Notes: generated by a model from the sequence alone, not told the origin. DNA of 64,000 nucleotides from Nitriliruptoraceae bacterium (GCA_040904785.1 JBBDSV010000086.1:288-64287); one strand, 5' to 3'. Counted from the first letter of the stretch, positions 10,881 through 19,213 are shown. A program made the numbers and translations.

Positions 10881-12088
10881 CGGCGGACGGCGACCGACGC
10901 TGGCTCGACGCGCCGGTCGAGTCGGGCCGGCGTGCGGGTTTCGGCGTCTACCTGCACGTGCCGTTCTGCCGTCACCGCTGTGGCTACTGCGACTTCGCCA
11001 CCGAGGCCGTCGGCGACGAGCCTGACGCCGAGCTGTTCGACCGCTACGTCGACGCGCTGTCCACGGATCTGGCCGGCCAGGCGCGACGGACCCCGGGTGG
11101 GCCGACCGCAGAGCACACGGGTGACTGGCCCACGGTGACGTCGATCTTCATCGGGGGAGGCACACCGACGCTGCTCGGTGGCGACCGGCTCGCGGTCATC
11201 CTCGCGCAGGTGCGCGACGAACTCGCGGTCGCCGACGATGCCGAGATCACCGTCGAATGCAATCCCGAGACCGCGTCGCCCGCGTTGTTCGATGCACTCG
11301 TGGCCGCCGGCGTCACCCGCGTGTCGATGGGTGCCCAGTCGTTCACCCCGGCGGTGCTCGAGACGCTCGAACGGGGTCACGACCCACAGGTGCCGCCGGC
11401 GGCGGTCGCGATGGCGCGGCAGGCAGGTATCCCCGCGGTCAGTCTCGACCTGATCTACGGCACACCGGGCGAGACGCCCGATGCGTGGGCCAACAGCCTC
11501 GCAACGGCGCTCGCGACCGGGATCGACCACCTGTCGGCCTACGCGCTGACCGTGCATCCCAACACGCCCTTCGGCCGCGCGGTCGCCGCCGGCACCCAGC
11601 CCGACGTCGACGACGACCGCCAGCGCGACGACTTCGAGGACGCACGCGCGACGCTCGCCGCGGCCGGGTTCGACCACTACGAGGTGTCGAACTTCGCGCG
11701 CGATGCCGCACGACGGTCGGCACACAACGTCCTCTACTGGCGCCACGGCGATTATCTTGCCGCCGGTGTCGGTGCGCACGGCCATCTCGACGGTGCCCGA
11801 TGGTGGATGACGCGGTCGACGTCGCGCTATCTCGCGGCACTCGAATCGGGTGCGGTGCCCGTCGCCGGCAGCGAACAGCTGTCCGACGACGAGCGGGCCG
11901 TCGAACGGCTCATGCTGGGGCTGCGCGTGCGCGAAGGGCTGCACCCGCACGACCTTCCGCCATTGCACCCGCTGGCACTGGAGCGGGTGCTCGACGCCGG
12001 CCTGCTCGAATTCGCCTGCGGCCGCTTGCGCGCCACGGCCGACGGATGGTTCCTGCTCGACCGTGCCGTCACCGAGCTGCTGGCCTGA
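10877..12088 (+). CDS. hemW: Radical SAM heme chaperone HemW (HemN-like, oxygen-independent coproporphyrinogen oxidase family)
   Basis: GVYLHVPFCRHRCGYCDFA CxxxCxxC motif and HemN C-terminal domain. ATG 10877 overlaps the upstream TGA (ATGA). Confidence 0.85.
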   Translation: MTADGDRRWLDAPVESGRRAGFGVYLHVPFCRHRCGYCDFATEAVGDEPDAELFDRYVDALSTDLAGQARRTPGGPTAEHTGDWPTVTSIFIGGGTPTLLGGDRLAVILAQVRDELAVADDAEITVECNPETASPALFDALVAAGVTRVSMGAQSFTPAVLETLERGHDPQVPPAAVAMARQAGIPAVSLDLIYGTPGETPDAWANSLATALATGIDHLSAYALTVHPNTPFGRAVAAGTQPDVDDDRQRDDFEDARATLAAAGFDHYEVSNFARDAARRSAHNVLYWRHGDYLAAGVGAHGHLDGARWWMTRSTSRYLAALESGAVPVAGSEQLSDDERAVERLMLGLRVREGLHPHDLPPLHPLALERVLDAGLLEFACGRLRATADGWFLLDRAVTELLA

Positions 12089-12223
12089 TCTCCGCACGGC
12101 GGGCATGATCCACGATCGGGGCCGGATCGCAGCCCATGGCGCCGGCCACGCCGCTAGGGTGCGCGCACCGGTGCCGCGGTGGGGCAAGGGCGCGAGACCG
12201 GCAATGGGGATCGACGGGGGAAC

Positions 12224-13087
12224 ATGCGCACGCATCGATGGTGCGTCGTCGTGCTGCTCGTCGCCGGATCGTTGCACGTGATGCCGGCCGCGGCGTGCGA
12301 AGACGACGCCGACTGCGGCGGCGAGGTCGCCACGCTCGACAACCGTGCCGTCGAAGCGCGGGTGTTCGACTGGTCGTCGGTCGCGTCAGGCACGGAGCAG
12401 TCGACGCCGTCGTGCACCTACGAGCATGTCGCCTACGACGCGTTGACGCCGCCGTACGTCGACCTGGTGGTGCGCGACCTCATCGCCAGCGATGCGCGCT
12501 TCTACCGCGTCACGTGCGACGGCGGTGCAACGTGGAAGTACGGGTGGTGGCGCCCATCGAAGCCCGCGACCGATGTCGGCGCCTTCCACGACGTGCTGCA
12601 GGAGGCGATCGGCCGGCTGGCTCCCGACGCGCCGCAACTTCGCCTGTCGCCGCCGGCCGACCGCCGCCATCTCACCGGCATGCCGACCTGGCTCGCCGTC
12701 ACCCCGGCCTCGTGGCGCACCTGGGAGATGACGGTCGAGGCGGGCATGGCACGCGCAGAGGTGACGCTCACGCCGATCGTCGTCGAATGGGCCACCGGTG
12801 ACGGTCACCAGCAGACCTGCGACGGGCCGGGTGCGCGCTATCAGGGTGGCATCCCGGAGGAGGGCGCATGCGTGCACACGTTCCTCGAGACGCCGGCGGA
12901 CGCCACCGGGGACCACGGCGCGACGACGTTCACCGTGTCGGCCCGGATCCGCTACCGCGTCGAGTACGCGGTCACGACGCCGTTCTCGACCCGCGGGGCG
13001 ACGTTGGGGTCGATCGTCGGCCCGCGGACATCGCGGCCAGTGCAGGTCCAGGAATATGTCGCCCTGCGCACACCCTGGCCGTCGTGA
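12224..13087 (+). CDS. Hypothetical secreted protein
   Basis: N-terminal signal-like segment MRTHRWCVVVLLVAGSLHVMPAAA and good third-position GC. I recognise no family. Confidence 0.55.
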   Translation: MRTHRWCVVVLLVAGSLHVMPAAACEDDADCGGEVATLDNRAVEARVFDWSSVASGTEQSTPSCTYEHVAYDALTPPYVDLVVRDLIASDARFYRVTCDGGATWKYGWWRPSKPATDVGAFHDVLQEAIGRLAPDAPQLRLSPPADRRHLTGMPTWLAVTPASWRTWEMTVEAGMARAEVTLTPIVVEWATGDGHQQTCDGPGARYQGGIPEEGACVHTFLETPADATGDHGATTFTVSARIRYRVEYAVTTPFSTRGATLGSIVGPRTSRPVQVQEYVALRTPWPS

Positions 13088-13117
13088 GTCGAGATCGGCG
13101 AACGGCGACGATCGTGG

Positions 13118-14266
13118 TCAGTACAGGAACATCGGCTTGCCGGCGACATCACGCACCTTGGGGCGATACGCGTCGGCGTCGTAGAGCGCGTCGACGTCGA
13201 CCCGCTTCGTCCCGGAGGTGACCTGCTCAATCGGCACACTCGTGTAGGTCCCGCTACGCACGGCGACCATCCGGCCGTGCTGGCCGGAGGTGACGAGGTC
13301 TCCGGCGATGACCGCGAAGTTGGTAGCCACCATCAGGTCGAGCGCATCCGGTCGCCCCGAGCGCATGAGGTAGCCGAGCGGCTGGCTGATGATCTCCTGG
13401 CCGGTGAGCTGCCGGATGATCTCGCCGGTGGCATGGCCGATCCCGCCGAGGCCGCGCCGGCCGTAGGCGTCCGCGTCGCCGGTGCCGACCGCACTCGACT
13501 CGGCGGGCCGCGCGCCCTCCGAGATGGTGCACATCGCGTAGCTCGACGGGTTGCGGCGCTTGTCCTCCATCAGCAGTGCCGCGAGCCGCTCGGGATCGAA
13601 CGGCACCTCGGAGATCACCGCCCGGTCGACACTGGCGAGGTAGGCGGCGACAAGCGACGTCTCTCCCGAGGTGCGGCCAAACAATTCGATGACGGCCAGC
13701 CGCTCGTGCGAGCCGGTCGATGTGCGCAACTGGTGGATCAGTTCGACGCTGCGCGTGACTGCCGTCGAGAACCCGACGCAGTAGTCGGTGCCGAAGACGT
13801 CGTTGTCCATCGTCTTGGGGATCGCCACGACGGGCACGCCGACGTTGCTGAGCCGAACGGCGAAGGCGAGCGTGTCGTCGCCGCCGATGGCGACGAGCGC
13901 GTCGAGCTCGAGGTGATCGATGACGGTGACGATGTGGTCGGTGAAGTCGTGGGGGCCGGAGGGGCCCGCGGCGGCAGCGAGATGGCGGGGAACCTCGTGG
14001 GTGCGCACACGGTGCGGATTCGTGCGGGAGGTGTGCAGCGTCGTGCCGCCGGAGCGGTCGATGGTGCGGACGTCCTCGATGCCGAGCACGACCGTGTTCG
14101 TCGCGACGGTCGCCGGCTCGTCAGGGTCGATGTCGAGCAGTCCGGCCCAACCTCGCCGGATGCCGATGACGTCGTGGCCGTCGGGCGTCACCCGTTCGAC
14201 GAATGCCTTGAGACAGGCGTTGAGGCCAGGAACGTCGCCACCGCCGGTGAGCAGACCGATGCGCAT
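13118..14266 (-). CDS. pfk: 6-phosphofructokinase (GGDD and PKT motifs suggest the PPi-dependent type)
   Basis: [17 protein letters not shown]..., [28 protein letters not shown] at 14266 was verified in the sequence. Confidence 0.9.
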   Translation of the reverse strand: MRIGLLTGGGDVPGLNACLKAFVERVTPDGHDVIGIRRGWAGLLDIDPDEPATVATNTVVLGIEDVRTIDRSGGTTLHTSRTNPHRVRTHEVPRHLAAAAGPSGPHDFTDHIVTVIDHLELDALVAIGGDDTLAFAVRLSNVGVPVVAIPKTMDNDVFGTDYCVGFSTAVTRSVELIHQLRTSTGSHERLAVIELFGRTSGETSLVAAYLASVDRAVISEVPFDPERLAALLMEDKRRNPSSYAMCTISEGARPAESSAVGTGDADAYGRRGLGGIGHATGEIIRQLTGQEIISQPLGYLMRSGRPDALDLMVATNFAVIAGDLVTSGQHGRMVAVRSGTYTSVPIEQVTSGTKRVDVDALYDADAYRPKVRDVAGKPMFLY

Positions 14267-14362
14267 CGTCGCGTCCCATCCCGTGTCGACGGTGGCACGA
14301 GCGTAGGCGGTGGACGGGGCGCGTGGGTGGTGCGTGTCGCCGAAGACGGCTGAACAGCACGA

Positions 14363-15040
14363 CGCCCCGGTGGCCCTTACGGGTGACACCGGGGCGCCGC
14401 GTTGGCAGTGGCACTCTCGTCGCCACCTGCCGAGCCGAACGGACGCCCTTGCGAGCTCCCGTCAGCCCTCGCGTGGTGCGTTCTCCGGTCTCCCCGAGGA
14501 GTCCGGCACACCACGCAGGTGCTCGTCGTGCCGACCGAAGTCGGCGCCACGTGCACCGAGTGCTGTCGTCACCGTTACCGGTGGCGACGCCGCCGGACAG
14601 TCGTCACGCCCGAAGGCGTGTCGCCCGCCGCCGTTCCGACAGCGCACCGTCTCCGGTGTCCATCGGTCGGCAGTCGACATCGACCCGTGGGGTCGCTGCC
14701 GTCCCGGCGACCGGTTCTCCCGACCCCGAAGGGCCGGCGACCGTGCACCTGTACCAACCCGCTACGTCGGGCGGCACCACCGTCGCGCCAGGCACAGTGG
14801 CGCTGCGGCGTCGGTGACGGACCGTTGCCGGTCTCGCACTCCGGAGGTGAGCCTTGCGGTTCTGCCTCCGGCGCGCCGGGCCTTGCGGCCCGGTCACCTC
14901 GGTCCCGTTCACCTCGCCCGAAGGCGTTGCGTCCGGTCCCGCTCCGCGGTGTCCTGCACCGGCCCCGCGGAGGTCGATCAGGGTGCTCCGTAGTTCGTCC
15001 CGATCAACGTGGTGCACCGTAGGTCCCGCGCGGACCTCGT
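14363..15040 (-). ncRNA. Candidate large structured non-coding RNA (family not recognised), or an ornate 5' leader of pfk
   Basis: There is no credible ORF in the interval. On the minus strand there are at least 12 local helices, four capped by C(UUCG)G and six by GNRA tetraloops. Two helices have G-U wobbles on the minus strand that would be A-C mismatches on the plus strand. Confidence 0.55.
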
Positions 15041-15063
15041 GTCCAGAGGCGGGAGGAAAGTCA

Positions 15064-15095
15064 CAGGATGTCCACCGATGATCCCCAGGATGTCC
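15064..15095. repeat. Direct repeat CAGGATGTCC x2, spaced 22 nt start to start, in the ATPase-proximal part of the gap
   Basis: Exact 10-mers at 15064-15073 and 15086-15095, with a third partial copy CCAGGA following. Confidence 0.5.
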
Positions 15096-15346
15096 CCAGG
15101 AATTGCCCTGTCTGGCGCGCACGATGCTGTGTTCTGCGCGCTGTGGATGACATGTGGACGGCGCCGATGGTGTCGCTCGGCGTCCCGCGCACGATCGTGG
15201 TGGATCGAAAACGAACCGGCCTCGCGCCGCGTTATCTTGGGCGAAGGACGTCTCATTCGCGCCCGTGGCCGGGCTGCATGGCCGCGGGCGCTAGCTTGGG
15301 GCGTGGCGTAACCCTGTGCAGGACGGACTTCCGGCTGGAGGACACC

Positions 15347-17707
15347 GTGACCGAGGTCGATCAGACGACACAGGCGTCGTGCATCGTGCCCGACGAACCG
15401 GCAGACGAACCCGATTGGCGTGAACGACTCGGGCGGTGGCTGTTTCCCACCGTCGCCGTGTTGATGGTCGTCGCCGCGGCCGCCTGGCTGCTCGACGCCA
15501 ACGCACTTCTCGTCGGCGCGCTCATCGCCGCCACGATCGTCGCCTTCGTCCCGGCCGCGCTGGAGAGCATCGAACGCCTCGTGCACCGCGATGCGACGGC
15601 CGACGTCGTCGCCGTGCTCGCCATGCTCGGCGCCCTGCTGCTCGGCGAGTGGCTCGCTGGGGCGATCATCGCGCTCATGCTGACCGGCGGTGAAGCGCTC
15701 GAAGCACGTGCGGTCGGCCGCGCCCGCGCCGAGCTGACGAGCCTGCTGACCCGTGCGCCACGCATCGCCCACCGGCGAACAGCCGACGGCGGTCTCGTCG
15801 ATGTCGACGTGGATGACGTGGCTGTCGGCGACGAGATCGTCGTCAAGGTCGGCGAGGTCGTACCCGCCGACGGCATGCTGCTGACCGATCGCGCGGTGCT
15901 CGACGAAGCCGCATTGACCGGCGAATCCGAACCGGTCGAAGTCCGCGGTGGCCAGGTCGTTCCCAGCGGGGTCGTCAACGCGGGCGGTCCGATCGAGCTG
16001 CGAGCCGTGGCGACGGCGGCGAGTTCGACGTACGCCGGCATCGTGCGGCTCGTCGAGCACGCGGCGACCGAGCGGGCGCCGTTCGTTCGTGTCGCCGACC
16101 GGTTCGCGGGCATCTTTCTGACGGTCACACTGGTGATCGCAGGTGTGGCCTGGATCATCTCGGGCGACCCGGTACGCGCCCTGGCCGTCCTCGTCGTTGC
16201 CACGCCCTGTCCGTTGATTCTCGCGGCCCCTGCGGCGATCGTCGGAGGCGTGTCGGCGTCCGCCAAGCGCGGCATCATCGTCAAGGGTGGGGGAGCGCTC
16301 GAGGCGCTGGCGTCCGGCACGCGCGTCCTCCTCGACAAGACCGGCACGGTGACCACCGGCCGGCCCCGTGTCGCCCAGGTCCATCCCGTCACCGGTCACG
16401 ATGCGAACCAGCTGCTGCAGATGGCCGCGGCGCTCAATCAGCTCTCGATGCATCCGTTCGCCCCGGCGATGGTCGAAGCCGCCCATCTGCGTGAACTGCC
16501 GCTGTCGATGCCGACCGACGTGGAAGAAGTCGTCGGTCAAGGTGTGCGCGGCCTCGTCGACGGCCGACGGGCCGCCGTCGGCCTGCTCGGCCTCGTCGCG
16601 CTCGGTGCCGAGATACCGCCGTCGATGCGTCGCATCCGGCGGCGCGCCGCCATCGAGGGTCGGTCGGTCACGTTCGTCTCGCTCGACGGGGTCGTCGCCG
16701 GCGCGGTGACTCTGCACGACCCGATCCGGCCCGAGACGCCCCGCGCGATCGAGGCGATCCGGCGAGCCGGGGTCACCGAGGTCGTCATGGTCACCGGCGA
16801 CCGCACCGAGATCGCCGAACTGGTCGGCGACACCGTCGGTGTCGACCGTGTCCTCGCCGAGCGCAGCCCCGACGAGAAGGTCGACGCGGTGCGCGAGCTC
16901 TCCGCGTCGGGACGCACCATCATGGTCGGCGACGGCATCAACGATGCCCCTGCTTTGGCGCTGGCCGACACCGGTGTCGCCATGGGCGCGCGGGGCGCGA
17001 GCGCCGCGTCGGAGGCCGCCGACGTCGTGCTCACCTCGGATCGGCTCGACGGGCTGGCCGATGCGATCATCATCGCCCGGCGTACGCGACGGATCGCCTG
17101 GCAGAGTGCGGTCACCGGTATCGGTCTGTCCGCGATCGCCATGGTGTTCGCCGCCGCCGGCTACCTCACGCCGGTTGCCGGGGCGATCGTGCAGGAAGTC
17201 ATCGACGTCGGTGTGCTGTTCAACGCGTTGCGTGCGCTGCGTGTCCCGGGTCGGCCGGTGTGGCGGTTGCGTGCGCTGCCCAAGATTCCCGCGGGTGCAC
17301 TCGCCGAGCACGACGGCTACGACGCCAAGCTCGAACGGCTCGGTGTCGTCGCCGATCAGCTCCCCGAGCTGCAGCCGGACGACGCGCGCGCTGCGCTCGG
17401 CGACGTGCGAGACTTCCTGATCGATGAGTTCCTGCCGCACGAACTCGAAGAAGAACGGACGATCTATCCCACGTTGCGCGCCGTTTTCGACGACGAGGAC
17501 CCGACTGCACCGATGCTGCGGACACACCGCGAGATCGCGCGGCGGATCCGGCTGTTCGACCGGCTCGTGGACGACTTGAGCGCCGGCGGTCCGGATGCCG
17601 AGGAGGTCGTCGACTTCCAGCGGACCCTGTTCGGACTGCACGCGGTCCTCGAGTTCCATCTCGCACTCGAGGACGAGCTCTACAGCCACTTGCCCACACA
17701 CGCTTGA
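15347..17707 (+). CDS. P1B-type heavy-metal-translocating ATPase (P1B-5-like, TM PCP motif) with a C-terminal hemerythrin-like domain
   Basis: VATPCPLILAAP, DKTGTVTTG and GDGINDAP motifs. No N-terminal CxxC metal-binding domain. The C-terminal ~140 aa carry HHE/hemerythrin-type motifs (HELEEERTIYP, HREIARRI, HLALEDELY). GTG 15347 is preceded by GGAGGA. Confidence 0.85.
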   Translation: MTEVDQTTQASCIVPDEPADEPDWRERLGRWLFPTVAVLMVVAAAAWLLDANALLVGALIAATIVAFVPAALESIERLVHRDATADVVAVLAMLGALLLGEWLAGAIIALMLTGGEALEARAVGRARAELTSLLTRAPRIAHRRTADGGLVDVDVDDVAVGDEIVVKVGEVVPADGMLLTDRAVLDEAALTGESEPVEVRGGQVVPSGVVNAGGPIELRAVATAASSTYAGIVRLVEHAATERAPFVRVADRFAGIFLTVTLVIAGVAWIISGDPVRALAVLVVATPCPLILAAPAAIVGGVSASAKRGIIVKGGGALEALASGTRVLLDKTGTVTTGRPRVAQVHPVTGHDANQLLQMAAALNQLSMHPFAPAMVEAAHLRELPLSMPTDVEEVVGQGVRGLVDGRRAAVGLLGLVALGAEIPPSMRRIRRRAAIEGRSVTFVSLDGVVAGAVTLHDPIRPETPRAIEAIRRAGVTEVVMVTGDRTEIAELVGDTVGVDRVLAERSPDEKVDAVRELSASGRTIMVGDGINDAPALALADTGVAMGARGASAASEAADVVLTSDRLDGLADAIIIARRTRRIAWQSAVTGIGLSAIAMVFAAAGYLTPVAGAIVQEVIDVGVLFNALRALRVPGRPVWRLRALPKIPAGALAEHDGYDAKLERLGVVADQLPELQPDDARAALGDVRDFLIDEFLPHELEEERTIYPTLRAVFDDEDPTAPMLRTHREIARRIRLFDRLVDDLSAGGPDAEEVVDFQRTLFGLHAVLEFHLALEDELYSHLPTHA

Positions 17708-17731
17708 CGCGACCGATATCGAACATATGTT
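17704..17731 (+). promoter_or_regulatory. Putative SigA-type promoter: -35 TTGACG, 16-nt spacer, -10 TATGTT
   Basis: The hexamers were read directly from the sequence. They overlap the ATPase stop codon and the SOS box. Confidence 0.5.
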
Positions 17732-17734
17732 CGG
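17719..17734. promoter_or_regulatory. LexA SOS box (Cheo-type TCGAAC-N4-GTTCGA)
   Basis: TCGAACATATGTTCGG, 15 of 16 matches to the Gram-positive/mycobacterial consensus. It lies inside a 30-bp near-perfect palindrome (ACCGATATCGAACAT/ATGTTCGGTATCGGT). Confidence 0.7.
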
Positions 17735-17759
17735 TATCGGTCGATCGTGGAGCAGCGGC

Positions 17760-18806
17760 GTGGGCGCGGAAAGTGAACCCTCGTTCCGGTGGTCGCCACT
17801 GACGGTGTCGCCCGAGGCGACGCCGCGCCTCGACGGCGTGGTCGAGACGGTCCGCCACCCCGAATTCGCCGGAATGACGTTTCTCCACGTGCGTGCACGG
17901 ACCCTGCTCAATGCGGTGCCGGCGGCATCGCGGATGCCGTTCCGGTGGACGGCGAATCTGTATCGCGGCTGTTCACACGCCTGCGGCTACTGCTTCGCCC
18001 GTCCATCCCACACGTGGCTGGAACTCGACCCCGACGAGGGATTCGACACGACGATCGTCGTCAAGATCAACGCCGTCGAACGGCTGCGTGCCGAACTGCG
18101 TGCGAACCGCACGCGGGGCGAGGCGGTCGCACTGGGGACCAACACGGACCCGTATCAGCGGTGTGAAGGCCGCTACCGCCTGACGCGGGGTGTGCTCGAG
18201 ACCTTCGTCGCCGCACACCATCCGTTCTCGCTGCTCACCAAGGGCACGCTGGTCACCCGCGACGCCGATGTGCTCGCAGCAGCGACCCGTGATGGCATCT
18301 GCCGGGGTGTCGCGCTGTCGATCGGCACCGCTGATGCCGAGGTCGCGCGATTGACCGAGAGCGGCGCGCCGCGACCCGACGCGCGGCTCGCGGCGGTTGC
18401 CGCGCTGACCGACGCCGGTGTCGACACCGGCGTGATGCTCGCACCGATCATTCCCGGGCTGTCCGACAGCGACGCGCAGCTGACGGCCACCGTGCGGGCC
18501 GCACTCGACGCCGGCGCGACATCGGTCCGCCCGATCGTCCTGCACCTGCGCCCCGGCGTCCGAGAGATCTTCCTGCGGCGACTGGGCACCAGCCGCCCCG
18601 ACGTCGCCGATTGCCTCGCCGCGATGTACACCTCGGCGGTCGCACCGCGCGAGGTGCGGCGCCGCATCAGCGCACGTGTGCGGGAAATCGTGGCCGAGTG
18701 CGGCGGTCCGCGCCCGTCATCGCTGCCCGCCCCGACCCGTGGAAATCCGCCGCCACCGCGTGCCGGCGGTGACGAGCAACCCGGCGAGCAGCTGTCGCTG
18801 TGTTAG
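17760..18806 (+). CDS. Radical SAM protein, Rv2578c/SplB-like (DNA photolyase-like) family
   Basis: YRGCSHACGYCFARPSH radical-SAM cluster motif and ALGTNTDPYQ. GTG 17760 has GGAG 7 nt upstream and lies downstream of the predicted promoter. The alternative in-frame ATG 17727 lies inside the SOS box. Confidence 0.8.
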   Translation: MGAESEPSFRWSPLTVSPEATPRLDGVVETVRHPEFAGMTFLHVRARTLLNAVPAASRMPFRWTANLYRGCSHACGYCFARPSHTWLELDPDEGFDTTIVVKINAVERLRAELRANRTRGEAVALGTNTDPYQRCEGRYRLTRGVLETFVAAHHPFSLLTKGTLVTRDADVLAAATRDGICRGVALSIGTADAEVARLTESGAPRPDARLAAVAALTDAGVDTGVMLAPIIPGLSDSDAQLTATVRAALDAGATSVRPIVLHLRPGVREIFLRRLGTSRPDVADCLAAMYTSAVAPREVRRRISARVREIVAECGGPRPSSLPAPTRGNPPPPRAGGDEQPGEQLSLC

Positions 18807-19213
18807 CGCGTGCGCGCGCCGGACCTCGCGCTCGCGCGGGTGCGCCATGCGTGCGTGCACCACATGGCCCAGAGCACAAACGCCGGTTGGACGGCGACCC
18901 GGACCCAGCGTGCGACATCGCTCGTCAGGCCGAACGCGTCCTGTCCGGTGACGGCCTGGGACACATTGCCCGGCAGGATCACGACGAAGTATCCGGCGAC
19001 GATCCAGCCGACCAGATGCCGGTGCGCCACCGCGGTGATGAGGGCGGCGGCGAGCACGAGTTCGACGACGCCGGACACGGCGATGATGGCCGCAGGTGCG
19101 GGCATCCACGCAGGCACTTGGGCGAAGAACGGCGTGGGCATGAGCAGGTGCATCGTGCCGGCGGCCCCCAGGAAACCCGCCAGCGTCCAGCGGCCGACGT
19201 CGCGGCGTGTCAT
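18803..19213 (-). CDS. DoxX-like integral membrane protein
   Basis: 136 aa with four hydrophobic segments (GFLGAAGTMHLLMP..., IIAVSGVVELVLAAAL...). ATG 19213 overlaps the upstream stop (ATGA). Confidence 0.5.
   Translation of the reverse strand: MTRRDVGRWTLAGFLGAAGTMHLLMPTPFFAQVPAWMPAPAAIIAVSGVVELVLAAALITAVAHRHLVGWIVAGYFVVILPGNVSQAVTGQDAFGLTSDVARWVRVAVQPAFVLWAMWCTHAWRTRASARSGARTR

Noticed and set aside
14404-14431. GCCACTG strings on the minus strand (here and near 14791-14802) are reminiscent of the cobalamin riboswitch core.
   Set aside because: No B12 box (AGYCMGGAGACCKGCC-like) and no GGUGNGAAGCCNGGUGAGAAUCC-like segment accompanies them. The 7-mer alone is expected by chance in GC-rich DNA.
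15050-15066. GGGAGGAAAGTCACAGG on the plus strand resembles the RNase P RNA P4 element GAGGAAAGUCCGG.
   Set aside because: The match breaks after GAGGAAAGTC. There is no ACAGAAYCCGGCUUA 3' P4 strand, no GGUAAGGGUGAAA-like J11/12 and no other RNase P core on either strand. The downstream sequence runs into the ATPase promoter and coding region.
14310-15122. ORFs of 172-227 aa called inside the pfk-ATPase gap (14310..14993, 14402..15022, 14604..15122 and others).
   Set aside because: Their translations are Arg/Pro/Cys-rich with no domain-like segments. Third-position GC is clearly weaker than in the flanking genes. No SD or start context is present. They are treated as non-coding.
14978-17911. 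977-aa minus-strand ORF antisense to the ATPase. Similar long antisense ORFs occur at 25283..28093, 29308..31662, 22717..24681, 44619..46397 and 8265..9881.
   Set aside because: These are typical stop-poor shadow frames of high-GC genes. Their translations are low-complexity Arg/Gly/Asp-rich, while the opposite strand carries unmistakable conserved proteins.
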